A stretch of DNA of 64,000 nucleotides from a virus: positions 6,616-70,615 of IMG/VR virus record IMGVR_UViG_3300035681_000018; one strand, written 5' to 3'. Below are positions 35,614 through 45,770 of the stretch, piece after piece; position 1 is the first letter of the stretch, and each line of letters starts with the position of its first letter. Under the pieces are notes generated by a model, which was not told where the DNA came from, made no database searches, and was given only the letters and a program-made list of their open reading frames with translations. Position numbers and translations under genes: made by a program.

Positions 35614-36636
35614 TTAGTAGTTCCAACGAACGCGAGGCTTGCCTTCTCTAACGCCAAGGTGTACAAATCCTTTTGGTGCTCCATGGCCTACTGAGTACGG
35701 CCAATTTCTATCGCACCATTCTTGCACAGCATAGATCCCATCTCCTTCAACATAAAAATCAATAGCGCCCTTGGACGGTGCGTCGTAAGTATGCTCACTG
35801 TTCTTGGCGCCACCTACTTGTGTATTGATGGGTTCTGGACGAGAAGCACTAGTAATGATAAGTGGCTTGTTACCAAATTGTTTGCGGACTTTTTCCAGGA
35901 ATAAACAAAGTTCTTTTGCTGTGTCACATTGATATTGCTTGGTAAAACGGCGCGCTTCTTGGTTTAATGTCAATTCACCATAAGTAATATTGGGTGTGAT
36001 TTTGTAAGTAAATGGGCTCCAAGGAGTAAAGTTATTTACATGCGGGTCAATATCATCCTTTTCTCCTATGCTTTGAAGTTGACGATCCATAATTTGAATT
36101 AATTTTGTGCTGTATTCAGGATCTGTAGCGTAACCTTCTTGAACTAGTAAACGTGCGCATTCATTCCTGCTAGCAGCTTTGTTAACGCCTTTGTATTGTT
36201 TATAGTCTTTGTACCAACGATTCACAAGGTATGTGACACAGGTTGCAAGATCAGGAAAATCAAGGAACCCTGCTTTGATTGTGATCCACTGACCGTTAAT
36301 AAATTCTTTAGTGTCAACCGTAGAGCCAGATCCTTTTAAACCAAAGTAATTGTTTTGACCTGATGTGTGTTTACCCCAACCAGATTCAAGTGCCCACTGC
36401 GCACTAACGCATTCCGGGAATTTGGCACCAGCTTGTTTTGCCGCTGCGTAAACACCGTCCCAAGTGTTTTCTGCTTCTAGAGAAGGTTTAGGTTTAGGTT
36501 TAGGCTTGGTTCTGTACTTAGACGCAAAAATGTCCAGGGTCTCTGCCGTAAGAGTCCCCTGGAGCCAATTCCATGCTTCAATTTGATGCGGCTCTTCGCT
36601 AAAAAATTTAGCTGCATCCGCAAGTTTAATAGACAT
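35614..36636 (-). CDS. endolysin: GH73 glucosaminidase + peptidase M15A
   Basis: AQWALESGWG, NYFGLKG, GYATDPEY; ITSASR..N..VGGA.NS.H..AIDF..FVHLG. Confidence 0.85.
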   Translation of the reverse strand: MSIKLADAAKFFSEEPHQIEAWNWLQGTLTAETLDIFASKYRTKPKPKPKPSLEAENTWDGVYAAAKQAGAKFPECVSAQWALESGWGKHTSGQNNYFGLKGSGSTVDTKEFINGQWITIKAGFLDFPDLATCVTYLVNRWYKDYKQYKGVNKAASRNECARLLVQEGYATDPEYSTKLIQIMDRQLQSIGEKDDIDPHVNNFTPWSPFTYKITPNITYGELTLNQEARRFTKQYQCDTAKELCLFLEKVRKQFGNKPLIITSASRPEPINTQVGGAKNSEHTYDAPSKGAIDFYVEGDGIYAVQEWCDRNWPYSVGHGAPKGFVHLGVREGKPRVRWNY

Positions 36637-36679
36637 ATTAACCTAGAGCGTTAGTACAACTCTAGGTCAGGTTTATTTT

Positions 36680-36853
36680 TCACTCAGCAATTTCTTCTGT
36701 TGGTTCTTCTGTTTTTTCAGGAGCAAACTCAAGGGTTTCGACTAATTTACCAATGAGATTGCCAGCAAACGCAACAAGGTTGCCATCACCAGTAGCACGT
36801 GCAGCGCCAAAAGAATTGATAGCGGAAATTAGCTCAGCCTTAGTGCAAGCCAT
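36680..36853 (-). CDS. 57-aa tail-associated hypothetical protein
   Basis: MACTKAELISAINSFGAARATGD...; not in ORF track. Confidence 0.6.
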   Translation of the reverse strand: MACTKAELISAINSFGAARATGDGNLVAFAGNLIGKLVETLEFAPEKTEEPTEEIAE

Positions 36854-36887
36854 AACGAAGCAATAACTTCAAAGAGTATAACAAAAA

Positions 36888-37211
36888 TCACCAGGGTACG
36901 CCAGCTTCAGAAGTCGGGTGTAATTTAGCTTCGATCTGGTTGTGAAGGGCTTCTTCAATCGAAACAACTTGATCAACGCCAAGTGCCGCCAGGGTCCAAT
37001 TGACTACCTCTTCTTTAGTGAGTTCACTAAAAGGAGTGAAGTTATCAGGGTCGGGTTCACCAAGACCAACGCTGCCGTAGCAACTGGCAGTTTCACCGTC
37101 TTCTTCCAGTAATGCAGTCCAATGGACGGTGTATACAGCGCCATCAGGACAGGTGTCACCATCAGGAAGATGACGTTCGAGGTTAGCAATATCCCAAACA
37201 GTGTTAGCCAT
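36888..37211 (-). CDS. tail fibre assembly/chaperone-like protein
   Basis: W.IANLER..DG.V.TVHW..YGSVGL..F.PF.ELT.E.V..W..GVPW; follows tail fibre. Confidence 0.65.
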   Translation of the reverse strand: MANTVWDIANLERHLPDGDTCPDGAVYTVHWTALLEEDGETASCYGSVGLGEPDPDNFTPFSELTKEEVVNWTLAALGVDQVVSIEEALHNQIEAKLHPTSEAGVPW

Positions 37212-37263
37212 AATTAATGATATTTTCTTTTATTTTACCAGGGGTGATCAATGAAGACGGTTA

Positions 37264-37656
37264 CTAGCTATCAGCAAGTCTCTTCATACCATTACCGTTT
37301 TCTTTATAGAGGCGATCCAAAGCAGCCAGCGCAGCAGTTTCTTTGGGTGGTGTTTTGAATAATACGAAGGCATTCCCTGAATCGCCGCTCGTTTTCTTCT
37401 TCACTGATCTGAGGCTCAGTGGTAGCAGCAAGGTAGGCGCGAGCTTCGTCAGCCATAGCGTGAATCCGAGCAACGTTGCCGGGAAGATCATGTTTTTCCT
37501 GAAAATAACTGGATGCATAATTCCCCCAGCCTTCAACATCATCGGCGGCATCGTGCAACGCAGAATGTCCTTCTTTGCCCGCTTGACTTTGTAGAAGTCA
37601 GTCTGCGGTTTGTGCTCTTTGCAGATGTTGCACTGACGCAGCGCGGGGCATGTCAT
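37264..37656 (-). pseudogene. mosaic of a truncated HNH N-terminus and unrelated gene fragments
   Basis: RQCNICKEHKPQTDFYK start, then protein-like text continues in another frame (37304-37558). Confidence 0.5.
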
Positions 37657-40600
37657 CACCACGTGCTGATTGCGGTGCGCTTCCATGTGTTTGTGGCAGT
37701 GCAAACGTAAACGTAATTGGCATCCCAGCATATCTCGCCAGCTACGCCAGTATCGGTAGCCGATGCCGGTGTTTTTGCCGTCGCAATTCTGATGCGATTG
37801 TCGTTCACCTGTAAGAGTGATCCGCCAGACTGCGAGGACGTGCCAACTAACAACCTGCCGGAGCTGTCGATTCGGGCGCGTTCACTGCCAGCAGTCTCAA
37901 CCGAAACAGTATCCGCAGCGGGGAATCGAATTGCAGTATTAGTGTCGCCGCCGTGGATAATCTTGTCGGCGATGGTTACGTCGCCATTGACATCCAGAGT
38001 TGTGGCAGGGCTTGTAACGCCAATCCCCACTCGGCCTGAGGTGTCAACAGTAAACGCTTGAGTGGAATTAGAGTCAGTGGATATAGAAAACTTATTATTT
38101 AAACTAATTGCAGCCCCGCCTGCGGTTGATCCGGCAAGAAGGCTAAGGTCAGTACCATTACCTCGTTGAAGCCGCAGTTCACTGGTAGTTGACGCGCCAT
38201 ACAAATGCAATGTTGCTCCATTTCCGATTGCTGGTGCAGGGCTACTAGTCCCCAGACCTAAGAGGCCACTACTGTCAACAAACAATCGCCCCGTGCCATT
38301 AGTCGAGATGGCTACTTGGTCTGCGCCGGGGGAGTAGATGCCGGTGTTGGGGTCAGCAAGGAAAGACCAAACAGGTGCTGCAGCGGTACCAAGAGAACCT
38401 GCTTCAATTTGACCTGCAGAATCAATACGTAAACGTTCAGTTGGTGATGGCAAGCCATCAGCAGTAACGGAGAACACTAATTTTGTTGGACCGTCATTGT
38501 CGCCCCAAGTACCATCAGCGGAGGCCGCAATTGATGCGCCTTCAATAAACTGATCGCCATCTGAACCGCTGAAGCGGATGGCACCCAGTACGTCAGTACT
38601 TCCTACAGCAGTATGCGTTCCGACCGTCCCACTATCGGACCTACATAGAGACAAATTAGCGCCTGTGGCAGTGCCCGTTGACCAGCTATTTATTGAAACC
38701 TGAGCTTCGTGCGTATTGGTGCTGTGAATCTGCAGCAGTGGCTGCGTTGTTGCTGATGTACTTGTTACATACCCACTAGACGTGCCAACTAACAACCTGC
38801 CGGAGCTGTCGATGCGGGCAACTTCAGCGGTGTTGATCTTGGCGATAAACGGCGATGTGGCTGCCGCTGCGTTGATCTCTAGTGCGCTGCCAGGGCTACT
38901 AGTGCCAATTCCAATGCGCTCAGTCGAAGCGTCGACGAAGAACAAATTAGCGTTGGTGTCCCCTTCAATGCGGAAATCATAATTAGCGCCTGTCTCATTG
39001 ATAACAGTTTCGCTAAATCCAATACTCAACCGATCAACGCTTCCAGTTCCAACAGGATCGCCTACTGTAAACGTTAATTTGTTACGGGCATCTAAAGATG
39101 AACCAGCACTGTTGGAGTATAGACGCAGATACTCTACGCCGGCGCTGTTACTAGCAATAACTAATTTGCCTCCCTCGTTACCGACTGCGTGACAGCGAAT
39201 GGCGATTGCCTGATCATCAGTTTCTGCATCAACTTGCAGAGGGCCGTAGTTTAATCCGTTAGCACCATTAATAACAACAGTATTGGTAAGTGCATCAACA
39301 CAGAGTAGATTCTGATTAGTAGTGCCTTCAACACGAAAATCGTAGTCGCTAGCATTATCGTTAATGACTAGTTCAGTTGTTTTGGCAACCAACCTTTGGG
39401 TACCGACTGTTTGAATTTCTACAGAAGTGTCGCCTCGTACATATGTGGTGTTAAGGGCACCTAGAGTAATAAAGTCACATCCAGCAAGAGTAAGGCCGTC
39501 ACCGCCCCCGCCTGCAGAATGAGCAAGATAAGCATACTGATCCAACGAGGCCGAATAAAATGTTAAGTATTCTGTTGCTGTTGCGCCAAATGATGTTCCA
39601 CCTCTACTAATAATGGCTATACCGTTGGTAGTGGAAACAGTTGGATCTGGTGTAGGCGCTAAGCCGTCAAAATGAACATTACTTGCAATCGGGACATTAG
39701 CAATAGTTTGGGTGCTTCCCGGTCCTATCCTTACAATACCGCTGTCTGTAATCGTAAACCTTGTAACACCACTATTTGTGATAGCAATGCTATTAGCTCC
39801 TCTTGAATAGATTCCAGTGTCGGAATCCCCGCTAAAACTAATTGATGGATTTGTAGTATTTCCAGTAGCAAACACACCTGATGTAATTGTGGCAATCCCG
39901 CCTGTAATACTGTTAAAATTACCCGTCGTAAAGGTTGCTGTTGTTCCTGTTAGCGAAATAAAATTACCATTCGTAAAGTTTGCTGTTGAACCGGTTGTTG
40001 TTGTTCCGGTTAATGAAGTAAAAGTACCAGTAGTAAAGTTTGCCGTTGTACCGGTCGTTGTTGTTCCAGTTAATGAAGTAAAAGTGCCAGTAGTAAAGTT
40101 TGCAGTCGTGCCGCGAGATGTCGTGCCTGTTAATGAAGTAAAATTGCCTGTTGCAAAGTTTGCCGTTGTACCGGTCGTTGTTGTTCCAGTTAATGAAGTA
40201 AAAGTGCCAGTAGTAAATTGTGCTGTATCACCTGAAACTATAGTTGTAAATACGCCTGATATTGCATTAACAATATTGCCTGTAATAGTTGTGCCACTGA
40301 GTGTTCCCGTGATTCGTACACCGGAGGCAAAGAAACCAGAACCAAGAACGTTTAAATCACCGGATACAGTTGTATTTGTAAAAGATAAGTTGGTTGCCTG
40401 AAGAGTATTAAAAACGCCAGTCGCGGCATTAACCGTTGTTCCCGTAATCGTCGTACCACTGAGGTTAACAAAAACTCCTGACGTTCCTTGAATGGTATTA
40501 CCAGTGACTGTTGCTCCAGAAACACTTGTGGTAAAAACACCTGCAATACCCGTCAGGTTTGTAAAAACCCCCGTATTTCCTGTGACGGTTAGGCCAGAAA

Positions 40601-41801
40601 CAATCGTTGTGAAAGTACCGGTTGTGCCAGTAACGCTTGTAAAATTAGCGTTATCGCCAGTAATAGTACTGCCACTGAGCTGAGTAGTAAACGTACCCGA
40701 AACACCATTGACTACAGAGAATAACCCCGAAGTACCAGTAATTGTTGTTCCTGAAACACGACTAGTAAAAACACCAGATACGCCAGAAACAGTTGTTGCA
40801 CTAACATTGGTTCCCGTAATTGTTGCGCCACTTAGATTGGTAAATGTTCCGGAAACACCTGTAAGTGTTGTGTAATTTCCTGTGTTCCCAGTAATAAATG
40901 CACCAGATAAAACCTGGGTAAAGACACCAGAAATACCACTAATGTTACCAAAAGCACCCGTATTTCCTGTAACGGTTGCGCCAGAAACCCTGGTTGTAAA
41001 GGTACCAGAGACACCGGTAGTATTTGAGAAACGTGCCGTATTACCTGTAATGGTGGCACCTGAAAGCAGCGTTGTGTAAACTCCAGTTACACCAGTGACG
41101 GTTGTAAATTGAGCTGTGGTTCCTGTGATGGTTGTTCCGGAAAGCGTGCCAGTGACCTGAACACCGTTTGCAAATTGAGCTATGCCAGTAACAGTAAATC
41201 CGCTTGCGACGGAAAGATTACCACTGACGTTAAGGACGGGAGTGCTAAGGGTTTGGAATGAACCTGTTGCTGCAGCAACCGTTGTCCCAGTAATTGTTGT
41301 ACCGCTTAACGCCGTAAAAACTCCACTGGTTGCGGATAAATTATTTCCTGTGATCGTCGCACCGGATAACGTTTGGTAATTACCACTGGTAAATAGTGCA
41401 GTCGTACCGGTTGCAGTCGTTGTGGTTACGGTGCCTGCATTAAGAGTTGTGCTTTGCAGTGCATTGCCCGTAATTGTGGCCCCACTAATAGTGCCACTAA
41501 CTGTTGCATTATTCTGAACAACAATACCACTAAAAGTGCTAGTGCCAGTTGCTGTTATAGCATTGAATGTACTTGTACCAGAAACGGATAAATTTCCAGT
41601 AATGGTAACGTTTCCGCTAATCGTTGCTCCGCTGGTGCTTGCGTAGTACTGATCTAAATAAGAGCGGAACTCCGTAAAAGTAAGTTTTTTGTTGCGCAGT
41701 GTCGGGTTCACTTCAAAAACGTGAACCAGCGTAAGTAGATCCTGGTCTACAATCTCGTTCGCTGCAATTGCAGGAAATTCGGTAATACGGCGGTTTGCCA
41801 C
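37656..41801 (-). CDS. long tail fibre protein
   Basis: 1381 aa, Gly/Thr-rich SG.T.TG repeats, RIDSSGRLLVGTSS modules, C-terminal G.ICWD.NY.YVC.ATNTWKR. Confidence 0.85.
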   Translation of the reverse strand: MANRRITEFPAIAANEIVDQDLLTLVHVFEVNPTLRNKKLTFTEFRSYLDQYYASTSGATISGNVTITGNLSVSGTSTFNAITATGTSTFSGIVVQNNATVSGTISGATITGNALQSTTLNAGTVTTTTATGTTALFTSGNYQTLSGATITGNNLSATSGVFTALSGTTITGTTVAAATGSFQTLSTPVLNVSGNLSVASGFTVTGIAQFANGVQVTGTLSGTTITGTTAQFTTVTGVTGVYTTLLSGATITGNTARFSNTTGVSGTFTTRVSGATVTGNTGAFGNISGISGVFTQVLSGAFITGNTGNYTTLTGVSGTFTNLSGATITGTNVSATTVSGVSGVFTSRVSGTTITGTSGLFSVVNGVSGTFTTQLSGSTITGDNANFTSVTGTTGTFTTIVSGLTVTGNTGVFTNLTGIAGVFTTSVSGATVTGNTIQGTSGVFVNLSGTTITGTTVNAATGVFNTLQATNLSFTNTTVSGDLNVLGSGFFASGVRITGTLSGTTITGNIVNAISGVFTTIVSGDTAQFTTGTFTSLTGTTTTGTTANFATGNFTSLTGTTSRGTTANFTTGTFTSLTGTTTTGTTANFTTGTFTSLTGTTTTGSTANFTNGNFISLTGTTATFTTGNFNSITGGIATITSGVFATGNTTNPSISFSGDSDTGIYSRGANSIAITNSGVTRFTITDSGIVRIGPGSTQTIANVPIASNVHFDGLAPTPDPTVSTTNGIAIISRGGTSFGATATEYLTFYSASLDQYAYLAHSAGGGGDGLTLAGCDFITLGALNTTYVRGDTSVEIQTVGTQRLVAKTTELVINDNASDYDFRVEGTTNQNLLCVDALTNTVVINGANGLNYGPLQVDAETDDQAIAIRCHAVGNEGGKLVIASNSAGVEYLRLYSNSAGSSLDARNKLTFTVGDPVGTGSVDRLSIGFSETVINETGANYDFRIEGDTNANLFFVDASTERIGIGTSSPGSALEINAAAATSPFIAKINTAEVARIDSSGRLLVGTSSGYVTSTSATTQPLLQIHSTNTHEAQVSINSWSTGTATGANLSLCRSDSGTVGTHTAVGSTDVLGAIRFSGSDGDQFIEGASIAASADGTWGDNDGPTKLVFSVTADGLPSPTERLRIDSAGQIEAGSLGTAAAPVWSFLADPNTGIYSPGADQVAISTNGTGRLFVDSSGLLGLGTSSPAPAIGNGATLHLYGASTTSELRLQRGNGTDLSLLAGSTAGGAAISLNNKFSISTDSNSTQAFTVDTSGRVGIGVTSPATTLDVNGDVTIADKIIHGGDTNTAIRFPAADTVSVETAGSERARIDSSGRLLVGTSSQSGGSLLQVNDNRIRIATAKTPASATDTGVAGEICWDANYVYVCTATNTWKRTAISTW
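37837..38813. repeat. 35-bp exact direct repeat within tail fibre (37837-37871 and 38779-38813)
   Basis: GACGTGCCAACTAACAACCTGCCGGAGCTGTCGAT occurs twice. Confidence 0.9.
39975..40218. repeat. 60-bp tandem repeat (about 4 units)
   Basis: Encodes FTTGTFTSLTGTTTTGTTAN; period 60 visible between lines. Confidence 0.9.
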
Positions 41802-41844
41802 TTATCTACTGCGCAATTCTTTCCTTTATTATAGTGCGGTTTAT

Positions 41845-42141
41845 TTAGCGTACCCTAATCTCAAGACGTGGCAATAAATTAGTACCTAAGTACCAAAGCC
41901 CTTGAATTCCTGTTACAATTCCACAAGAAAGCAATAGTACCAACAGCAGTTCCGCCACGGTTAAATTACGCCGCACATACACAACTTGCGGTGGCATTTC
42001 TACAGATGTGCGGTAAGGTGCTGTTTGCTGGATGGCTAACTCCATCGCACGTGCTTTCATTTCTGCCAACGCTTCAGGAGTGATTTGACCTTCTAAAGTC
42101 TGTTGCATGGGAGGTTGGCTAGGTGGAATTTGCTCTTCCAT
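41845..42141 (-). CDS. membrane protein
   Basis: VVYVRRNLTVAELLLVLLLS hydrophobic helix. Confidence 0.65.
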   Translation of the reverse strand: MEEQIPPSQPPMQQTLEGQITPEALAEMKARAMELAIQQTAPYRTSVEMPPQVVYVRRNLTVAELLLVLLLSCGIVTGIQGLWYLGTNLLPRLEIRVR

Positions 42142-42192
42142 GATCACAAAGTTGTTTACAAAAGACTAGCATTTAATTAATCGGAGTGCAGT

Positions 42193-42603
42193 ATGCCGTA
42201 CGGACTACGCAAAGGCTTGGAAGACATTGCTTACGAACTAAAAGGAATTAGAAATATCCTTGGTTCCATGTGGCACAGCCGATACTCAAACACTGAGACT
42301 GACATTGCCAACCCCGAAATGTTTGCAGATGAATACATTTCGACAGAAGAATGTGGTAGGCGTCTAGGGGTCTCCGATCAAACCATCCGCAACTGGATTG
42401 CAATCGGTAGAAAAAACCCTGATAAAGGCTGGGTAGAAGGCATTCATTATGTCAACGTTTCTCCTGACGTTCACAAAAAAGCAGTCTTGCGTATTCCATG
42501 GAATCGCCTCATTCAGTCTTTTGCTAAAAACGAAAACATCAATCTTAAAAACCTACGTGCGCAGTATCACTTATATCATGCAACCAAAGAGGTTCTTGAG
42601 TGA
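42193..42603 (+). CDS. HTH (excisionase/MerR-like) DNA-binding protein
   Basis: YISTEECGRRLGVSDQTIRNWI...GIHY. Confidence 0.7.
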   Translation: MPYGLRKGLEDIAYELKGIRNILGSMWHSRYSNTETDIANPEMFADEYISTEECGRRLGVSDQTIRNWIAIGRKNPDKGWVEGIHYVNVSPDVHKKAVLRIPWNRLIQSFAKNENINLKNLRAQYHLYHATKEVLE

Positions 42604-43070
42604 TGGCACATCGTTTTAAGGGAATTGATATCGATGCCATTACTATCGATAACCATGAAGAGCTACTGCCCAAATCCCTGGCAGATCAAGTGGAAATGTT
42701 CTTACCACCCTGGGGTTCCTTCGATGATGGTTGCTTGCGTCGCTACCTAGAAAACTTAAAAAACTATGAAGAAGAGGATGCCAACTCTGGTATGACCTTG
42801 GCCAATCGATTACGACTGGCGTTCAAAGATCTGAACCCAGACACAATCTGCGGCAAATTTCCACAAGCGGAGTTGCCTCTTAAACGTCGGTTGCGATGTG
42901 TTGCCGAGTATTTGATCAGGTCCGGGGAATTTGATAAGGTACGAGACGAGCAAGGAAAACTCTGCAAGAAACGCGGCGTGCTTGGCAAGTTGGTTGTCTT
43001 GTACCAGCCAACTCCAAAGCTGTTAGAATCTCTGCATCGTCAAGGGCTATTAAAAAGTGGATCGCCGTGA
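42603..43070 (+). CDS. hypothetical protein
   Basis: 155-aa ORF in operon. Confidence 0.7.
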   Translation: MAHRFKGIDIDAITIDNHEELLPKSLADQVEMFLPPWGSFDDGCLRRYLENLKNYEEEDANSGMTLANRLRLAFKDLNPDTICGKFPQAELPLKRRLRCVAEYLIRSGEFDKVRDEQGKLCKKRGVLGKLVVLYQPTPKLLESLHRQGLLKSGSP

Positions 43071-43446
43071 GAAGTTAATTGCGTCAGTCATTGGTCCTGA
43101 ACTAGACGAAACCAAGGCAAAAATGCTTGATACCACTGTCAAGCTCATCCTTGGGGACATGGGCGCACAGTACGTTAAGTTTTGGGACGCAGAAGGTCCT
43201 GGCGTCTTGGTATTTCAGCCTGACAATAAAGAGCGGTCTATATTCTTTTGGACGTTAAAAGAAATTCACGCAGCAGAAGAAGATTGCGAACATAACAATA
43301 ACGGTGATCTTGCCGAGACATTACGCCGCATTCTTGCCGCTGCACAAAAGATTGATCCGATGGAAAAAGCAGGGTATATCATCAATGATGATAAGGGTCT
43401 TCGCTATTTGGAAATAGCGTATAACAACATCGTTAACAATGACTGA
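43057..43446 (+). CDS. hypothetical protein
   Basis: 129-aa ORF. Confidence 0.7.
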   Translation: MDRREKLIASVIGPELDETKAKMLDTTVKLILGDMGAQYVKFWDAEGPGVLVFQPDNKERSIFFWTLKEIHAAEEDCEHNNNGDLAETLRRILAAAQKIDPMEKAGYIINDDKGLRYLEIAYNNIVNND

Positions 43447-44038
43447 GAAAGGTATTCGCGGCGTATCTGCCAGGGTTGAAGGCGCAGAACTCATCACCAA
43501 CGCAGACTTGGTTCATGCTGCCAATGAACTTCTAGGCGGCATTGACCTGGATGTGGCTAGCTCCAAGGTTGCCAATGAGTACGTACAAGCGACTGAATAC
43601 TACACACCTGTGGATGATGGGTTAAATAACCAACAATGGTACGGAAGCTGCTATTTGTTTCCACCAGCGGGATCATACTTCTGGGACCAAAAGAACCAAC
43701 GGTGGAAGATGACACGCGCTTCGTCGCTGACGTTGACTTCTTCGCATGCCGTATGGTTCCGCCGAATGTACCATGCATGGCTGGCGGACGAAATTGAGCA
43801 AGGGCTTTACTTCAGCAACTGCCCTGACATGATTCGATATGAGCCAAAAATCTTTAAATTCCCTATGTGCGTTCTACGTACCGTCCCTTACCTGCTCCGT
43901 AATCTTGATGGAAATGTAGAGAAAAAACAAACGTGCACATCTTTCTTGGTCTACCTGCCTCCCAAAGATCGGTCAGGAGATGCAGTAGAACACTTCTGTA
44001 AAATCTACGGCGAACGTGGCCATCTCCTTGTAGACTGA
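43439..44038 (+). CDS. phage N6-adenine methyltransferase-like protein with atypical motif IV
   Basis: GGIDLDVASS..AN..V.A..YYT..DDGL..W.G..YLFPPA. Confidence 0.65.
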   Translation: MTEKGIRGVSARVEGAELITNADLVHAANELLGGIDLDVASSKVANEYVQATEYYTPVDDGLNNQQWYGSCYLFPPAGSYFWDQKNQRWKMTRASSLTLTSSHAVWFRRMYHAWLADEIEQGLYFSNCPDMIRYEPKIFKFPMCVLRTVPYLLRNLDGNVEKKQTCTSFLVYLPPKDRSGDAVEHFCKIYGERGHLLVD

Positions 44039-44056
44039 ACAAGCTATCGAGGTCTT

Positions 44057-44644
44057 ATGAGCGTCCTGGCCGATTGGGAAATCAAAGAGCGTGCCAAAAA
44101 AGAACAAATGATCGAACCCTTTGTTGATCGTCTGATCAGCAAAGAAGATGGTCGGCGTTTGTTAAGTTATGGACTTAGCTCTTACGGATATGACATTCGT
44201 TTGTCCCCTAGCCAGTGCCTAATCTTTGGTAAGATTCAAACCGGTGATTGCGATCCAAAGGCCTTTGACGAAAGTATTTTAAAGCCTGCGGAGCTTCTGG
44301 AAGATGAACGCGGCAAATACTTTCTTCTTCCTCCGTATGGGTATTGTTTAGGCGTTGCACAAGAACGTCTGAAGTTGCCTCGTGATGTCACTGTTGTTGC
44401 AGTTGGTAAATCGACGTACGCACGCTCAGGAATTCTAGTTAACATCACGCCCGCTGAAAGTGGGTGGGAAGGTTACCTGACGCTTGAAATCAGTAATTGC
44501 ACTGGTCTATTCAATCGTGTCTATGCAAACGAAGGTATCACTCAACTGCTTTTCTACCGTGGTAATCCTTGTGAAGTCAGCTACCAAGATCGAAAAGGTA
44601 AGTACCAAGACCAACCAAATACCGTAGTATTTCCACAGGTTTAA
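44057..44644 (+). CDS. dcd: dCTP deaminase
   Basis: SYGLSSYGYDIRL, GKSTYARSG, TPAESGWEGYLTLEISN, YANEGI.Q, YQDRKGKYQ. Confidence 0.93.
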   Translation: MSVLADWEIKERAKKEQMIEPFVDRLISKEDGRRLLSYGLSSYGYDIRLSPSQCLIFGKIQTGDCDPKAFDESILKPAELLEDERGKYFLLPPYGYCLGVAQERLKLPRDVTVVAVGKSTYARSGILVNITPAESGWEGYLTLEISNCTGLFNRVYANEGITQLLFYRGNPCEVSYQDRKGKYQDQPNTVVFPQV

Positions 44645-44964
44645 CTACGTCCAAACAATTGTTTGGGTTTGTTTGCATACGCGGTAGACCCTGCACGCCC
44701 ACCACTGTCACCAGCCGTGGCACTGGTGGGTTCGTTAATCAGTTGATTCTTTTGATATTTGCCAGCAGCACGTGCACTCTTCATGAAACGGTCAACGCGT
44801 GCCACTGCTCCTTTTGATGCGGAACCAACGACACCTCGTTCTTGCGGTCGCACGTACCGCAGATCTACGTTATAAGCTCTTCCAGGGTTCAGATCCGTTG
44901 GTACCCCAGCAGAAGTGCCGGAGTCCTTGGCTGCGTCGTAAGTCTCTGATCTAAACTTGCTCAT
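44641..44964 (-). CDS. hypothetical protein
   Basis: ATG 44964 with TATAAT upstream. Confidence 0.6.
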   Translation of the reverse strand: MSKFRSETYDAAKDSGTSAGVPTDLNPGRAYNVDLRYVRPQERGVVGSASKGAVARVDRFMKSARAAGKYQKNQLINEPTSATAGDSGGRAGSTAYANKPKQLFGRS

Positions 44965-45001
44965 ACTATCATTATAGAAAGGATATATCGCTAAGAAAAC
45001 A

Positions 45002-45367
45002 ATGCGGCCCTCCATGTTTTTGCAAGAGTTTGCAGCAAATAATGATCAAGTAAAGTGCCGTTGTATTGGTTTCGAGGATTTTGGTGCACCTCTCGATACT
45101 GAAACCAACGACGTACCTCTTCAAGATATGTATAACACGGGTTTAGTTGCTCCCATGGATGGCATGCAACGCAACCCACTTAATATTGAAGGTCAAGGTT
45201 TGTATGGTCAACGTCCAGGCTTGACGGGTTACATTCCTTCCATGGAAGAAGGTATGGAATTATATGGTGCAAACCCCAAGCCTCCTGGCATTCAAGGCAA
45301 TATCGAAGGTGATCCAGATGAGCTGGAACTCTTGCTTTCTGCCAAACGCAAAGGCTTAGTGCGTTAA
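45002..45367 (+). CDS. hypothetical protein
   Basis: 121-aa ORF. Confidence 0.6.
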   Translation: MRPSMFLQEFAANNDQVKCRCIGFEDFGAPLDTETNDVPLQDMYNTGLVAPMDGMQRNPLNIEGQGLYGQRPGLTGYIPSMEEGMELYGANPKPPGIQGNIEGDPDELELLLSAKRKGLVR

Positions 45368-45400
45368 ACCTGCTAGGCTGTCTCAGTCGGCATTTTTACA

Positions 45401-45721
45401 ATGGACATGTTTTCCCCTGTTGACGAAACCAATGGGTGCGTAGATGGTGTTTGTCCAGTTCCCTGGGTTACAATTAAACCGCTTGAAACAACTCCCACAA
45501 TCAAAGAAGATGTTGTAAATCATCCTTCTCATTACACCGATGGTGGAAGTATCGAATGTATAGAAGCAATCGAAGCACAATTAACTACGGAAGAATATCA
45601 AGGTTATCTCCGTGGAAACTGCGTAAAATATTTATGGCGATGGCGCAATAAAGGCGGAAAAACAGATATTGATAAATGCCAATGGTACCTGGAAAGATTG
45701 CAGCAAACTTTAGAAGCCTAG
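45401..45721 (+). CDS. DUF3310 (T7 gp1.7-like nucleotide kinase) protein
   Basis: VNHPSHYT.G.IECIEAI...GN.KY.WR..KGG..D..K..WYL. Confidence 0.85.
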   Translation: MDMFSPVDETNGCVDGVCPVPWVTIKPLETTPTIKEDVVNHPSHYTDGGSIECIEAIEAQLTTEEYQGYLRGNCVKYLWRWRNKGGKTDIDKCQWYLERLQQTLEA

Positions 45722-45770
45722 ATATTTGCTAGTATGATGTGGTACGATTCAGGAAGTCTTTTACCACTTC

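Noticed and set aside
39975-40218. CRISPR-like periodic repeats
   Set aside because: Coding tandem repeats without unique spacers; no cas genes. The PD-(D/E)xK protein is a standard phage exonuclease.
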